64,000 bases of DNA from positions 32,001-96,000 of IMG/VR virus record IMGVR_UViG_3300030085_003750. The stretch is one strand, 5' to 3'. Source of the DNA: a virus. The translations under genes were made by a program, and so were the position numbers. The notes under the pieces were generated by a model. That model was not told where the DNA came from, ran no database searches, and saw only the letters and a program-made list of their open reading frames with translations. Of this stretch, positions 1-11,503 are shown in pieces (the stretch's first letter is position 1; each line of letters starts with the position of its first letter).

Positions 1-2
1 TG

Positions 3-3000
3 GTGATGCATTGGGACTTCTCGGAAGTTTCAACTACTGATATAAGTGGAGAGTTTATTGTTGACGATTTATCTCAGTCTCTTGAAATTCAAACAGAGAC
101 AACCTCATCAGTTGCTACAAACCAGAATTCAATAGTTTTTGACGGTTCAGATGACCATATTATTGTTAGTGACCAAGACGAATTCAGTCCCACGGATGGA
201 GTAAATGATACACCTTTTTCAATATCTGCATGGGTTTATGTCGAAGACGTAGCGACTGCTAACGGACCTTTTGTTACTAAATCTAATAACTCAGGTTCAC
301 AGAAAAACGAGTATATTTTTAAACAACAAAATGGTGAGATACAATTTTTTCTATACGACAGTGACCTGAATGCTCAAGGAAACGCTATCCGAGCACAGGC
401 GACTGTTGTATCTTTAAGTAATGCAACATGGCACCATGTTGTGGCGACTTATGATGGCAGTGCAGACGCATCTGGAATTAAACTTTATACAGATGGGGCA
501 CTAACAGCATCAGCAAACACTGAGGCAGGTACATATGTGAGATTGAGAAATACAGTAACTCCTCTAACTTTTGGTGCTACTACGGAACTTGGTAATAATA
601 ATAGAATATTTGAAGATAGATTAGCAGACATTTGTATTTTTGACAAAGAATTAAGCGCCGCAGAGGTGACGGAAATTTTTAACGGAAACTCAGTAAAGAA
701 TATGGATGAATTTTCTGATACTGCTTCTATTATCTCTTGGTGGAAGATGGGCGACCACTTGGATAACCTTTCAACTGATGGAATTAAAGATTATGTTGGC
801 GGGTTTCATGGAACACTACAAAATGGAGCAGCAATAGCAGTAGAACCAGGATTATCTTCCGACACAGAAACTTCTGTTGTTTCATCGCTTATTCCGATAA
901 ATAAGAATTCGATTGCCTTCGATGGTACAGCAGCATCTATTGCTGACACGGATATTGTTATATCTTCTGATGATAATGCTTTTACCTTTTCGGATTCAAC
1001 AGATGTTAGCAACGGAACGGTTCACAAACCTTTTACAATTTCTGCTTGGATTAATCCTAGTAGTCTCGCAGACCGAGGAGCAATTATAACGAAATTTTCT
1101 TCAATGTCTGTTGGAGACCCAACAAAAAGAGATACAGAGTTTGTATTCTGGCATAGAGACAATGGAGAACTTCAGTTTATACTTTACGATTGCAGTGCTC
1201 ACTCCACTGTCAACAACATCACAATTACTTCCAATACTTCTGTTTTGACTGCAAGTCAGTGGCAACAAGTAGCAGTAACTTTCGATGGTAACCCAGACCT
1301 CGCATCTACTTCCTTGGGTATGAAATTGTACGTCGATGGTCAAGAAGTTCCAAGCACTCAGGTCAAAGCAGGGACATATCAAATTGTAAGAAACACAGAA
1401 TCGCCTGTGACCATCGGCGCAGCGCATTACGACCACACAAATGTACCAGATGCATTTCTTACGTTGTTTGAGGGAAACATTGCAGATACAGCAGTCTATA
1501 GCAAAGAACTTAACTCGTTTGAGATACAAGAAATATACAACGGTGGTAAAGTAAAGGACTTGAATGATTCTTCTACTTACGACAATATTATTTCCTGGTG
1601 GAAAATGGGAGATGATATTGACTCGGCAACTCCAAATGGAATTAGAGATTATGTTGGCGGGTTTCACGGAACAATGCATGGTCAATGCTCCATCCAACCC
1701 GTATTTGGGTTAGAATCAGATTCTACTAACAGTTTACTTAGCAATTCGAGATTTGGTTGGTTCACTGACCTTGTAGGTCGTGAGATAACTGGTCGAGGTA
1801 AATATTTCACAGCAGATGATAAACAGGTTGTTAATAGAGAATACATATATTCTGCAAAACATAGAACACCAGAGGTTATTAATTCTGAAGACTTAGTTGA
1901 GATTAGAACACAAGACGATTTGACTTTTACAAAAGATGCACAAGTTGTGACTCACTTCTTTGCAGCAGAAAAGAGTATGTATCAGGTCATCTCTGACGAT
2001 ATGATAAATCTTTTTGCTACTATCGTAGAGTTCAACGATTTGATTGGGCAACCAGTCAACAGATACAGACTACAGTATAAAGCGTTGGAAAAGTTCAGAG
2101 CACGGTATTTTGAGAAAGTTAATAATGTACCAAGTTTAGAAAAGTATATTGAGTTATACAAATGGATTGATTCTTCCATTGGTTTGATGTTACAAGAACT
2201 TATTCCAGTGTCTAGTAATTTCTCTGCTGATTTAAGAAATATGGTCGAGTCGCACGTTCTTGAGAGAAATAAATATTGGACAAAATTTCCAACATTAGAG
2301 ATGGCAGGCGAACCACCTCTCGGTATTGTAAAAGGTATTAATGAACTTACATATAACTGGAAAGACGGTCACCCAGATTATCAAATTTCAGAAGCAACGG
2401 TAGAATTTTTTAATGATTCCGCTTCTGATTATGACAACAGGTCGTGGATGATTACAGACAGCGCTGGATTCATATCGCTAGTGGCATTTGATGACGACAA
2501 TGTTTTTCCAACAGGGCATGTTGTTTTATCAAACCCAACGCAAATAATGGTGCAGGCGCAAATATTTGGTTTGACCACTAAGGAACAAATTGCAGAACAG
2601 TTCGCATTGGCATTTTCATCAATACCAAATCTATCAGCAACATTAAGTGATAGTACTGTGATTATTACAGGTTCAACTCCTCTACACGCAGGAGGAGTTC
2701 CTTTTATTTCTTTTTCCAGTTCAGCATCGAAAACTTCCTTCACTGAAGTTGAATCTTCTCTATGGTATGACCAGAGAGTTCAAGGTACCGATGCGCTTGT
2801 CACGACTGGTGACACCGATGTTGATGAAAATCGAGAAATACTTCGTAGAGTATCTACAAGGAAGACAGGTGCGAATACTCAAGTCACAAAACGTGGGTCT
2901 GATTTCGTAGAAGAAGATAGACCAATTCTGAGAGAATCTCCCGCAGGACTAGGTATTCCAGGAGCAGTTTACTCGGGGCAAGCATATGTCATCAGAGCAC

Positions 3001-6000
3001 TTGCTAAACCCTATAAGTTAAACCTAGACATTGCTCCTACAATTCATGGCGGTGCGAACTATTCTCCAACAACAAAAGACCCGAATAGTTTTGTTCGAGC
3101 GTCAACTAAAGTTTCTAATTCTTCTGGTATTGCAGTCACTTTTGGTACAAACCCAGTAATCTATCAGGGATTTTCTTACGATGACCAATCTGTTAAAAGA
3201 ACAATCAACATCGTTGTGGAGGATTCAACTGTAGATTTTGGCGCAGACGGGGACTTTATTTATCCTTACTATGAGACAGAGGCAGACCCAACACCAGAAA
3301 TTACAAACCTCCAGAATGATTCTTATGGTGAAGATGCAGAGATTCCAGTTCAGGGTCCGTTTACTGAGACTTGGGTAGGTGGTAATCAGCATAGGCACAT
3401 ACACTATGCAACTCAAACAGATAGACCAGAGTTATTTGTTGACGACTCTGGAACTTTAAAACATCCATTCGAATTAGGTCAACCTGCTGCTCGCTATACA
3501 AGAGACGAACTTGCAAAGAGACCTGTGAATGTCGAGAACATAAAGAATAAAAATGTTACAGAAGAAGACCTCGATGCAGGTACAGAAACAAAGGTATATG
3601 GAAACTATACGAGAGATTACGAAATAGTACAGACTTCTGGTAGAAGTAAAAACAACAGATGGTTTATCAAGAATGAAGGCGTCGCAGACGTTTTAACAGT
3701 TGCACCAATTGATGGCGCACAGGACTTTGCCCTACCCGATAGAACAACAGACATTAACGGTGATGTTTTTGGAAAATCAAAGCACGTTATCGTGGAAAGA
3801 TTCTCAGCACCAGGAGACCCACTTACTTTGTCACGAGGTTATTTGGACAGAGTGGCAGAAGAATTCAGTGTTTATAATTCTATGAATTTTAGAAATCTTG
3901 ACGAAAGGGACGAACACAGAGAAGACCTGACAGCACATAGTGCCATATATGAGGGTTCGCAGGGATACGTTCCTGATACAAATGGTTTGCCAAATATTCA
4001 CAAAGTAAACAGAAACACGATTCACACCCCTACGGGTAAAAATCATGATAACGCTTACATATCTCATCAAATCCCAAGAAGTGATTTTCAATATAATGTG
4101 GAAATGATTTCAGACGAGGCATTTACAATACCTGATTTTTCCACTACAGGTGCTGCTTTACCAGCGGGTTCTGTTGAAGACCCAATTCCAGGAGCAGCAT
4201 ATAACTTTATAGTAGAAGAATATGCAGACCCAATTAGAGGAAAGTTCACAATAAGTTTTGACGCAGAAGAAATAACTTCAGTCGTGGGTGAGAATTTGTA
4301 TTTTCAATATAAACTCGACAGCACCTGGACAACATTACGTGTATTCGCATTCGGTACAACACTACATCAAGAGGAAGTAGATTTGGGTCAAAATTTTCAT
4401 AACCCAATTTACATTAGATGGATAGCAAGAAAGAGAATCACTGGCGGTGACGGAAGGTGGAATGTCTCAAACATATCTGTAAATCCAACAAGTTTTCAAA
4501 ATTATCTTGACGAGATTGAGATTGTTAACGGTATAAATGATTACGCAGATTATCAAGGAGCGGGATATCGTTTTATTAGAAACTCAGAGAACTCTCAAAT
4601 TATCAGTCAAAGAAAGGCAAACATCTATACACAACTCAATAGAACTGCTAAGATAGGATTAGAGGATAGAAGTGTTAGTACTTTTGTTGAACCAGCAGTT
4701 GTTTGGAATAAACCAAACACTCACTATATCTTGAACGAGGAGTATGACGAGAAGGTAAGAAATGCTGAAGCAGGAAGTCTTATAAATATAAATATAGACA
4801 AAGGTTCTTTACCAATAACCTATTCTTATTCAAACAACTTAGAAATGTTCTCTAATGAAGAGTTAACAACTGCGGTCGATATCGACAAGACCAGTGGAGC
4901 AGAATTCTCAAATACTCTGATGAATATTTTTAGAAAAGCAGAACTTCTTTTCTCACGTTCAATCGCAAGACAAATTGTTTTTCCTAAACATAAAAATGTA
5001 GGTCTGAAGAAGACGAGAGTAAGAAGCAAATTTGATACTTATAAGTTTTTCTGGAAAGACAGTATGTTCGACAGAATTAAGTGCTCGAATACTACGAAAC
5101 TCGGATACGAAATGACACCAGAGTTTAAGAGACTTTTTAGACAAAAGTTTTCTGTAGACGTGATGGATAATTTCCACTTGGTGCAGTCTGGTTCTCTCTC
5201 TGGTCCCCATGAAGAAGAATTTTATAAAGTAATCGGTGATTTGACTTACATGGGTGAGGAACGAATGCGACACATGATTACGAAAAAGGGCGCATCACCT
5301 TTACATACGAGTTCGTCCGTATCGTTTGAGGGTCTTGAGGAGATATGTGAAGAAGAGACGCCAGTAACAGGTATTGTTCCAAATTATTCTTCTGTAGATT
5401 TGGAAGCGCAAAAAACTGCTCCAATCCCGTCGCCACAACTTTATCATAATCCGTACAATGAAGACTATAGAGAGTCAGAAGGGTGGATAAATAGAAAAGT
5501 TATATCAAAGAAAACGCCAAACTATAATGATTACGACTCTTATTCTGAGGAGATAAAACTTGCAGCACAAAATTATGGACTTGTGTCCGAGTTTAGAATA
5601 TCAGAACACATGGACAAGTATATTCTCGAAAACGGCGGCAACTTTAGGGCAAAGAATTATGATTTCTTGACTCTTGATGGAGCAAGTTATGATGGAGAAT
5701 TTCATACCTTGTCCAGCGGTACATCCACGAAAGAGACCACCTCATTTTATTCTTTGAGAAAAGAGGATGAGTCTCTTAAAATAACTTCTTATCCAACAAC
5801 TCACAGTGAAGAAACATTAATAAAAAACAATGCAAATGGTTATCTTAACTTTAACCCAATAGCATCTTTGAGTAATAGCACTTTTGCGCTGGAAAATAGC
5901 GTAAATTCTTATTTTGAGATAAATCAATCTAACCAGACAAACTACATCTCATTAGTGCCTCATCAAGATGGTATTAATGCATCTGGTAAATTTAACTTGT

Positions 6001-9000
6001 TTGACTCCGATGAAGATTATTTGGTAATCGACGTAGATAACGTTCAGTCACGCCTCGGCGGTGTGAATTTATACGATTCGGACCTCCTGTATATGAGGGA
6101 GACTGCTTCAAGACTTCCTACACCAATTACTATTTCCGCATGGGTTCAACCAGAGGATAAGCAAGATGCACCAGCAGACCCTTCTACATATTCAAATGGA
6201 TTATTTTGCTTCGGCGGCACAGGCGGTGTAGATTCAGCAAACTTATTCTCAACATTTCGTTATGCTAGTGGAGAGTCCGCACAGAGTCCAGAAGACTATC
6301 GTAACCTTGGATTGACGTTCACTATTTCTACTGATGGAACAAATAATTTACCAGGTGGAACTTTAGACTCTTCTTCTACGACATATACATTTTTTAAGAA
6401 AAATGGAACGATAGCATTCTTGGAACAAGGAAAAATGAACAGTGTTATTTTTCAACTTATACCGCCCGAAGACGAATCAAACTCTGCTTCTGGTTATCAG
6501 AATAACTTTCTTATAAAGTTGTGGTTAAACGGAGAGGAATTATATGGTGTTCACATCAGAGAACTTGACAATGCCAATTATTCGACCAGGGTTTCAAACG
6601 CTGCTGCAATACACGGTTATTCTCCCTGTCCAATCGGTTCTTGGCAGCACGCTGGTAATTATCCTTGGACTACCGACGCAGACACTTCATTCGACTCTTC
6701 ACAGCAACTTCGAGGCGAACAATCATCACCAGCAGCAGGTATTCAGAGGTTAGATAAGTTTGTTTTAGGCAACTGTCATTACATTAATTCCGAAAGAAAC
6801 CTCGCAGGAACAAAAGATTTTAAGTTCAGAGGTTTATGGGATGAGTTCGCTATTTTTAGAGGTATCTTGCCAAGAGCATCAATTTCTGCAATATACAATG
6901 ACGGTTTACCTAATAATATTAACGAACTTGTGGCAAATGGTCAGATAATTGGAAACTGTCTCTACGATACAACAGTATCAGTTCCCATATTTATAAATGG
7001 TCAATTTATTTCTGGTCCACCAATTCTAGCATCAAGCGACAGCGGTGAATTTGACGTACTCGGAGGGTCTAGTGCAACCTCAGTCTGGAGTTTCGATACA
7101 CCTTCGTGGGATGGCACCTTACCGACTGGTTGGTTAAACAATGAGTCAGACGAGGTAGCAAATGATGGTCCAGTGGTCATCAGTCATCATAATAATGGCA
7201 ATCAAATTCTTGCCTTAAAGGGCAATTATGACGAACAGGCAGATGTTGAAGACCCACCGCACGGAGGCGGCACTTACAGGTGGCGCTGGGTCGAGCGTAA
7301 TACAGATTTTACTGGTACTGTTGTTGTTACTTTCCAGGCATATGAGGGTCAGGGAGACCCGAATGAATATAATTTAGATGCTCCAGAACCTGGAAACAAT
7401 GAAGATTTATTTTTGCAATACGAGAGAAACAACTCTGGAACATGGACAACTGTTGTTCAACTAGAGGCAGGATTTGGATATGACCTAAGTCAAACTATTG
7501 TTGGTAAAATTGAAAATACTGCTGGAGATTCGATAAGATTAAGGTGGATTGCCAGAGTCGGTTCTGGTGCTAGTCCTGTTCAAGACCATTGGGGTATTGA
7601 CACTGTAAATTTTTATGAATATGCAAATGACCATCATGCCATTCCAGTTTTGGGTGGCGATACACTTCCCATATTCCCGCAAACCTTTACGAACAACTAC
7701 AGCATTTCAGAGCAATTGGAAATTTCAGCAACTTTACCAGTGTGGCACCGTATCGGTGTACCGTCATACGATGTTTCCACAAGAGACGGCGCTTGGGATG
7801 AAGAATTTTTCAATTCATATGTTCACACTGATGACCTTAACTTTATTGAAAAGGCAGATAAGAAGCACGATGAATTAGGTGTTGAAACTACGGAAAGAGT
7901 TAGATTGAAAGTAAATGCAATTAAGAAACTTCTTCCTTATGAAGGTTTTTATCCACAAGACAGAACTGTTCAGTTAGCAAACTTATTCGTAGAAAAGGTT
8001 ACACCAGATATTACTTATGATAAGAATGTTTATAAAGAGCAAGCAGTCCAGGCAGCATTGCAGCACTTCTTTGCTCCTGGTATTCTCTATAATTCAATCA
8101 AAGCAGGAGTCGCTTGTGACTGGGCGTCTTATACAAATGAAAATGGTCTAGAACCAGCGCACTTTGGGCAACCTATACTTGCATATAGCGCATCCACTGA
8201 AGCACCTTATACGATGTACTCTTCAAGAGTCGCTCCCTCGTGGTACTCTGATGTATCTGAGTATACTGGAGAATATTCGCTTCTTTCAGATAAACCAAAC
8301 TCTATCGAAGATGCTACTTATTGGGATGCCACAGATACCTTTGTGGAGCATTCAGAAACCTTCAACTATGATTACAATACTAATATTGATAACAATACGT
8401 ATGATATATCAGGAAGTATACTGCTTGCTATAACATCTTCGATAGATGGTATGGCGATTACTAATGAACCTAATGTGAGACTACCGTTCGAGTCTCTGTT
8501 GAATCCTTATGCGTATCTTAAAAACGAAGAAAAGAGATACAAGTTTGATGGTACTCTCTGGGCAGAAGGAGATACTGAGGATTACATCATTGGAAAACCA
8601 AATCAGTACTTTTTAGTTCAACCTTCATATTTGAAGAATTTTGTCACATTGAGCAGACCTGGAGTCGGTTCTGGACCTAGAGACGAAGAATCAGGCGACT
8701 ATAAAAAATATAACTTTCCTTATTTCGAAATAAACAATTCCACACAAAATAGGGATTACAGATATGAACTAGCGATGAATAATTTCTTGGCACAGGCAAC
8801 AAGATTTTTTATAAAAGATGAGTCCTTATCATCCTTTGCATCAACTACACCTCAATCTGATGGGTATCACATGGAGAGTGGTAAAACTTATTACATGGAT
8901 GTGGTGCTTTCAAAGAGTGACTCTTTTAAGAACACTTATACTGGCGGTAGAAGTTATGGACCTCCGCACAAGTGGATAGACGAAAGTTACTATGATACTG

Positions 9001-10475
9001 TCGAAGCGGTCGAAGACCCTTCTTATGCTCCGTACACTCCTGCATATTTTTACGGAGAAAGCACTGCGAGAATTTCATTTACTCCGAGCACCACAAAGAA
9101 ATATACTCTTGACGATATTTTTGATGGTTCAACTGTCGAGGATGTTTCTCCTTTTGTGGATGAATATTTCAGGAGTTCAGCACTTTCCAGAACTCATAAA
9201 GGTTTTTTCACGGGAAATATAGAGGCACCTGACGATGGAGGATTCAAGAATTCCTCTGCATATAATTCAAAGATGCACTTATCCGCAAGTATTGAATTAT
9301 TTGGTAAAACAAAATTAAGTAGACAGCAGTATGATGCAAGTGGAAACCCAGTTTCGATTTCCACCCCTAACAACGAAGAACTCGACACATGGGTTATTTA
9401 TTCTAAATTTGAGTGTCCATTATTTGACTTTTCTGGAGAAGTAAATTCATCTGACGAGGGAACCTTATCTAATATTGGAATTACGTCAACTGCGGTAGAG
9501 AACAAAAAGACAGAAAATTTTGACTATACGACATCTTATCTTGACTCAAGAAACTCAGAAAGTTATAACGTAGACACAAGAACTGGTTCTGGAATCTGGT
9601 CAGGATATGGTCGCCAGCAAGATGGCAGCGGTGTTACAATATCAATTAGAGAGAGTTTTCCTCAAGGTATCTCTGAGACAACTGGTTCTCTCATTGAAGT
9701 TTGCGGTTTTACACCAGAGACGAAACAACTCGGTCGTGTAGCGGATTCAAAGGAAATCTCAGAAGCAGTTGTTATGATTCCATTCGTTGATAGACCAATT
9801 ACTTCTGTAGAAACTAGAGGACCGATTCGAACCATAAATTATGAAACAGTGCAGGTCGATGATAGAAACTTTATTAAAGTTGACGAGCAGGAATATGAAG
9901 AGCAGGTGAGAAAGTTCGTTAGAGGAGAACCAATTTACATCACTGAGAGTGGTGATGAGATTATGCAAACTTCTATAACAAGAATGCTAGAAGGAATGAA
10001 GAAATATAATGTACCACCTTTATATGATTTTAATCAGTATAGCGAAGCGCCTTTTGCAATGTATTTCTTTGAGTTTAAGCACACTTTAGATAGAGAAGAT
10101 TTGTCAAATATTTGGCAGGGACTTCAACCACAGGTTGCTAGAGAGGCATCCCTAGACTCTGTTGAAATTTCACATGAAATTAATGAGCATGAACTGTTTG
10201 GAAACTTAGGAGAGATTCCAAAGGGTGTTCGATGGATGGTCTTTAAGGTCAAGAAGAAAGCAGAAAAAAGTTATTATAAACTTACGGAAGATTCTAGAGA
10301 TGATAGTAGATTTAAGTTTGATTTCGAGGTTGGAACGAAAGAACCTGAATACGGATATAATTATCCATATGACTACTTCACTATGTTGGAGATGATTGAG
10401 GTTGAAACGAACTCCGAAAAAGAGATTCAACCATTAGACCAACTAAATAGAGCACGCACGAGGGACGAAGATTAA
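3..10475 (+). CDS. Giant virion structural protein with LamG/concanavalin-A-like domains (probably 5'-truncated by the window)
   Basis: 3490-aa ORF. It has two tandem LamG-like repeats (FSISAWV...WHHVVATYDG...KLYTDG...SWWKMGD and FTISAWI...WQQVAVTFDG...KLYVDG...SWWKMGD), a third LamG-like unit near nt 6125-6920, and sits upstream of baseplate-like genes. Confidence 0.75.
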   Translation: MMHWDFSEVSTTDISGEFIVDDLSQSLEIQTETTSSVATNQNSIVFDGSDDHIIVSDQDEFSPTDGVNDTPFSISAWVYVEDVATANGPFVTKSNNSGSQKNEYIFKQQNGEIQFFLYDSDLNAQGNAIRAQATVVSLSNATWHHVVATYDGSADASGIKLYTDGALTASANTEAGTYVRLRNTVTPLTFGATTELGNNNRIFEDRLADICIFDKELSAAEVTEIFNGNSVKNMDEFSDTASIISWWKMGDHLDNLSTDGIKDYVGGFHGTLQNGAAIAVEPGLSSDTETSVVSSLIPINKNSIAFDGTAASIADTDIVISSDDNAFTFSDSTDVSNGTVHKPFTISAWINPSSLADRGAIITKFSSMSVGDPTKRDTEFVFWHRDNGELQFILYDCSAHSTVNNITITSNTSVLTASQWQQVAVTFDGNPDLASTSLGMKLYVDGQEVPSTQVKAGTYQIVRNTESPVTIGAAHYDHTNVPDAFLTLFEGNIADTAVYSKELNSFEIQEIYNGGKVKDLNDSSTYDNIISWWKMGDDIDSATPNGIRDYVGGFHGTMHGQCSIQPVFGLESDSTNSLLSNSRFGWFTDLVGREITGRGKYFTADDKQVVNREYIYSAKHRTPEVINSEDLVEIRTQDDLTFTKDAQVVTHFFAAEKSMYQVISDDMINLFATIVEFNDLIGQPVNRYRLQYKALEKFRARYFEKVNNVPSLEKYIELYKWIDSSIGLMLQELIPVSSNFSADLRNMVESHVLERNKYWTKFPTLEMAGEPPLGIVKGINELTYNWKDGHPDYQISEATVEFFNDSASDYDNRSWMITDSAGFISLVAFDDDNVFPTGHVVLSNPTQIMVQAQIFGLTTKEQIAEQFALAFSSIPNLSATLSDSTVIITGSTPLHAGGVPFISFSSSASKTSFTEVESSLWYDQRVQGTDALVTTGDTDVDENREILRRVSTRKTGANTQVTKRGSDFVEEDRPILRESPAGLGIPGAVYSGQAYVIRALAKPYKLNLDIAPTIHGGANYSPTTKDPNSFVRASTKVSNSSGIAVTFGTNPVIYQGFSYDDQSVKRTINIVVEDSTVDFGADGDFIYPYYETEADPTPEITNLQNDSYGEDAEIPVQGPFTETWVGGNQHRHIHYATQTDRPELFVDDSGTLKHPFELGQPAARYTRDELAKRPVNVENIKNKNVTEEDLDAGTETKVYGNYTRDYEIVQTSGRSKNNRWFIKNEGVADVLTVAPIDGAQDFALPDRTTDINGDVFGKSKHVIVERFSAPGDPLTLSRGYLDRVAEEFSVYNSMNFRNLDERDEHREDLTAHSAIYEGSQGYVPDTNGLPNIHKVNRNTIHTPTGKNHDNAYISHQIPRSDFQYNVEMISDEAFTIPDFSTTGAALPAGSVEDPIPGAAYNFIVEEYADPIRGKFTISFDAEEITSVVGENLYFQYKLDSTWTTLRVFAFGTTLHQEEVDLGQNFHNPIYIRWIARKRITGGDGRWNVSNISVNPTSFQNYLDEIEIVNGINDYADYQGAGYRFIRNSENSQIISQRKANIYTQLNRTAKIGLEDRSVSTFVEPAVVWNKPNTHYILNEEYDEKVRNAEAGSLININIDKGSLPITYSYSNNLEMFSNEELTTAVDIDKTSGAEFSNTLMNIFRKAELLFSRSIARQIVFPKHKNVGLKKTRVRSKFDTYKFFWKDSMFDRIKCSNTTKLGYEMTPEFKRLFRQKFSVDVMDNFHLVQSGSLSGPHEEEFYKVIGDLTYMGEERMRHMITKKGASPLHTSSSVSFEGLEEICEEETPVTGIVPNYSSVDLEAQKTAPIPSPQLYHNPYNEDYRESEGWINRKVISKKTPNYNDYDSYSEEIKLAAQNYGLVSEFRISEHMDKYILENGGNFRAKNYDFLTLDGASYDGEFHTLSSGTSTKETTSFYSLRKEDESLKITSYPTTHSEETLIKNNANGYLNFNPIASLSNSTFALENSVNSYFEINQSNQTNYISLVPHQDGINASGKFNLFDSDEDYLVIDVDNVQSRLGGVNLYDSDLLYMRETASRLPTPITISAWVQPEDKQDAPADPSTYSNGLFCFGGTGGVDSANLFSTFRYASGESAQSPEDYRNLGLTFTISTDGTNNLPGGTLDSSSTTYTFFKKNGTIAFLEQGKMNSVIFQLIPPEDESNSASGYQNNFLIKLWLNGEELYGVHIRELDNANYSTRVSNAAAIHGYSPCPIGSWQHAGNYPWTTDADTSFDSSQQLRGEQSSPAAGIQRLDKFVLGNCHYINSERNLAGTKDFKFRGLWDEFAIFRGILPRASISAIYNDGLPNNINELVANGQIIGNCLYDTTVSVPIFINGQFISGPPILASSDSGEFDVLGGSSATSVWSFDTPSWDGTLPTGWLNNESDEVANDGPVVISHHNNGNQILALKGNYDEQADVEDPPHGGGTYRWRWVERNTDFTGTVVVTFQAYEGQGDPNEYNLDAPEPGNNEDLFLQYERNNSGTWTTVVQLEAGFGYDLSQTIVGKIENTAGDSIRLRWIARVGSGASPVQDHWGIDTVNFYEYANDHHAIPVLGGDTLPIFPQTFTNNYSISEQLEISATLPVWHRIGVPSYDVSTRDGAWDEEFFNSYVHTDDLNFIEKADKKHDELGVETTERVRLKVNAIKKLLPYEGFYPQDRTVQLANLFVEKVTPDITYDKNVYKEQAVQAALQHFFAPGILYNSIKAGVACDWASYTNENGLEPAHFGQPILAYSASTEAPYTMYSSRVAPSWYSDVSEYTGEYSLLSDKPNSIEDATYWDATDTFVEHSETFNYDYNTNIDNNTYDISGSILLAITSSIDGMAITNEPNVRLPFESLLNPYAYLKNEEKRYKFDGTLWAEGDTEDYIIGKPNQYFLVQPSYLKNFVTLSRPGVGSGPRDEESGDYKKYNFPYFEINNSTQNRDYRYELAMNNFLAQATRFFIKDESLSSFASTTPQSDGYHMESGKTYYMDVVLSKSDSFKNTYTGGRSYGPPHKWIDESYYDTVEAVEDPSYAPYTPAYFYGESTARISFTPSTTKKYTLDDIFDGSTVEDVSPFVDEYFRSSALSRTHKGFFTGNIEAPDDGGFKNSSAYNSKMHLSASIELFGKTKLSRQQYDASGNPVSISTPNNEELDTWVIYSKFECPLFDFSGEVNSSDEGTLSNIGITSTAVENKKTENFDYTTSYLDSRNSESYNVDTRTGSGIWSGYGRQQDGSGVTISIRESFPQGISETTGSLIEVCGFTPETKQLGRVADSKEISEAVVMIPFVDRPITSVETRGPIRTINYETVQVDDRNFIKVDEQEYEEQVRKFVRGEPIYITESGDEIMQTSITRMLEGMKKYNVPPLYDFNQYSEAPFAMYFFEFKHTLDREDLSNIWQGLQPQVAREASLDSVEISHEINEHELFGNLGEIPKGVRWMVFKVKKKAEKSYYKLTEDSRDDSRFKFDFEVGTKEPEYGYNYPYDYFTMLEMIEVETNSEKEIQPLDQLNRARTRDED

Positions 10476-11503
10476 TGACTTTTAAAAATCAAAAAGAAGA
10501 AGTTATTGAAATAGAGTTAACTTCCTACGGTAAACACCTTTTATCAAAAGGAAAGTTTCGTCCAACCTTCTATGCTTTCTTTGACGATGATGTTCTTTAC
10601 GATGCAGAATATGCTGGAACAGCAGAAGAGCAGAACTATGCTCAAACGAGAGTTCTAGAAGAGACGCCGAGATTAAGGGTGCAAACAACTTTTACAGGTC
10701 TTGAGACAGAGATTGAAAGACAGATAGAGCAAGCGAGGACACAAGAGAAAAAGTTGAAAGATTCATTTCAGTCAACAAAGGAAAGGCACTACGCTCTTTC
10801 CGCACCTCTTGGCAGGAGTACAGTGACTTCTGACTTTGCGCCTTCTTGGGATGTGACTCTACACGGAGCAAACTTTCAACAACAACTTATTGTCAGTACA
10901 CTCACTGGAAGTTCTGAAAAAGAAATTGTTTTGCCTATCCCTCAAATGAATTTGGAATCTTTAGACTATAAGGTAAAGGTTATTTCTGAAGAAGACAATG
11001 GAGATAATCCTTTTGGACATCCACAAACAGCAACTACAAACGGTATTACTCAGGAAGAATTTTTCGATAATGGTAATGCAATCTTGATAACTCATAAGGA
11101 TATTGTTATTGAAGTAGATGAGATGCACACAGATTCCTTATCGGAGAATTATGACATAGAAATTTTTATTGTTGAGGAGAACGAAACAACAGACGAAGAA
11201 ATTCTTGTACCGCTATCTTTTATTAGAGAATCTGAGGGTAATGTTGTAAACGGTTTTTACGTAGAAAGAAGTTCAGATGCTCTTGAACTCGAAATGGATG
11301 AATCTTATGTTGAAAATTATTTAAACATTATGGTTGACAAAGAAATTGATATAGATGATTTGTGTCGTCTTGGTTATAGAACAGATTATAGTAAGCGAGG
11401 TCATATTCCAGTTGATTGCGGTAAGACACCAGGAGATAGTGAAATGCCAAAGATTTACGAAAATATCGACTCAGGTATTGCACCATTTGGAGATGATTGC
11501 TGA
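10475..11503 (+). CDS. Putative baseplate/tail structural protein
   Basis: 342-aa ORF coupled to the upstream stop (TAATG). Its N-terminus IELTSYGKHLLSKG..F..FFDDDVLYD resembles that of the 16931 ORF. Confidence 0.55.
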   Translation: MTFKNQKEEVIEIELTSYGKHLLSKGKFRPTFYAFFDDDVLYDAEYAGTAEEQNYAQTRVLEETPRLRVQTTFTGLETEIERQIEQARTQEKKLKDSFQSTKERHYALSAPLGRSTVTSDFAPSWDVTLHGANFQQQLIVSTLTGSSEKEIVLPIPQMNLESLDYKVKVISEEDNGDNPFGHPQTATTNGITQEEFFDNGNAILITHKDIVIEVDEMHTDSLSENYDIEIFIVEENETTDEEILVPLSFIRESEGNVVNGFYVERSSDALELEMDESYVENYLNIMVDKEIDIDDLCRLGYRTDYSKRGHIPVDCGKTPGDSEMPKIYENIDSGIAPFGDDC

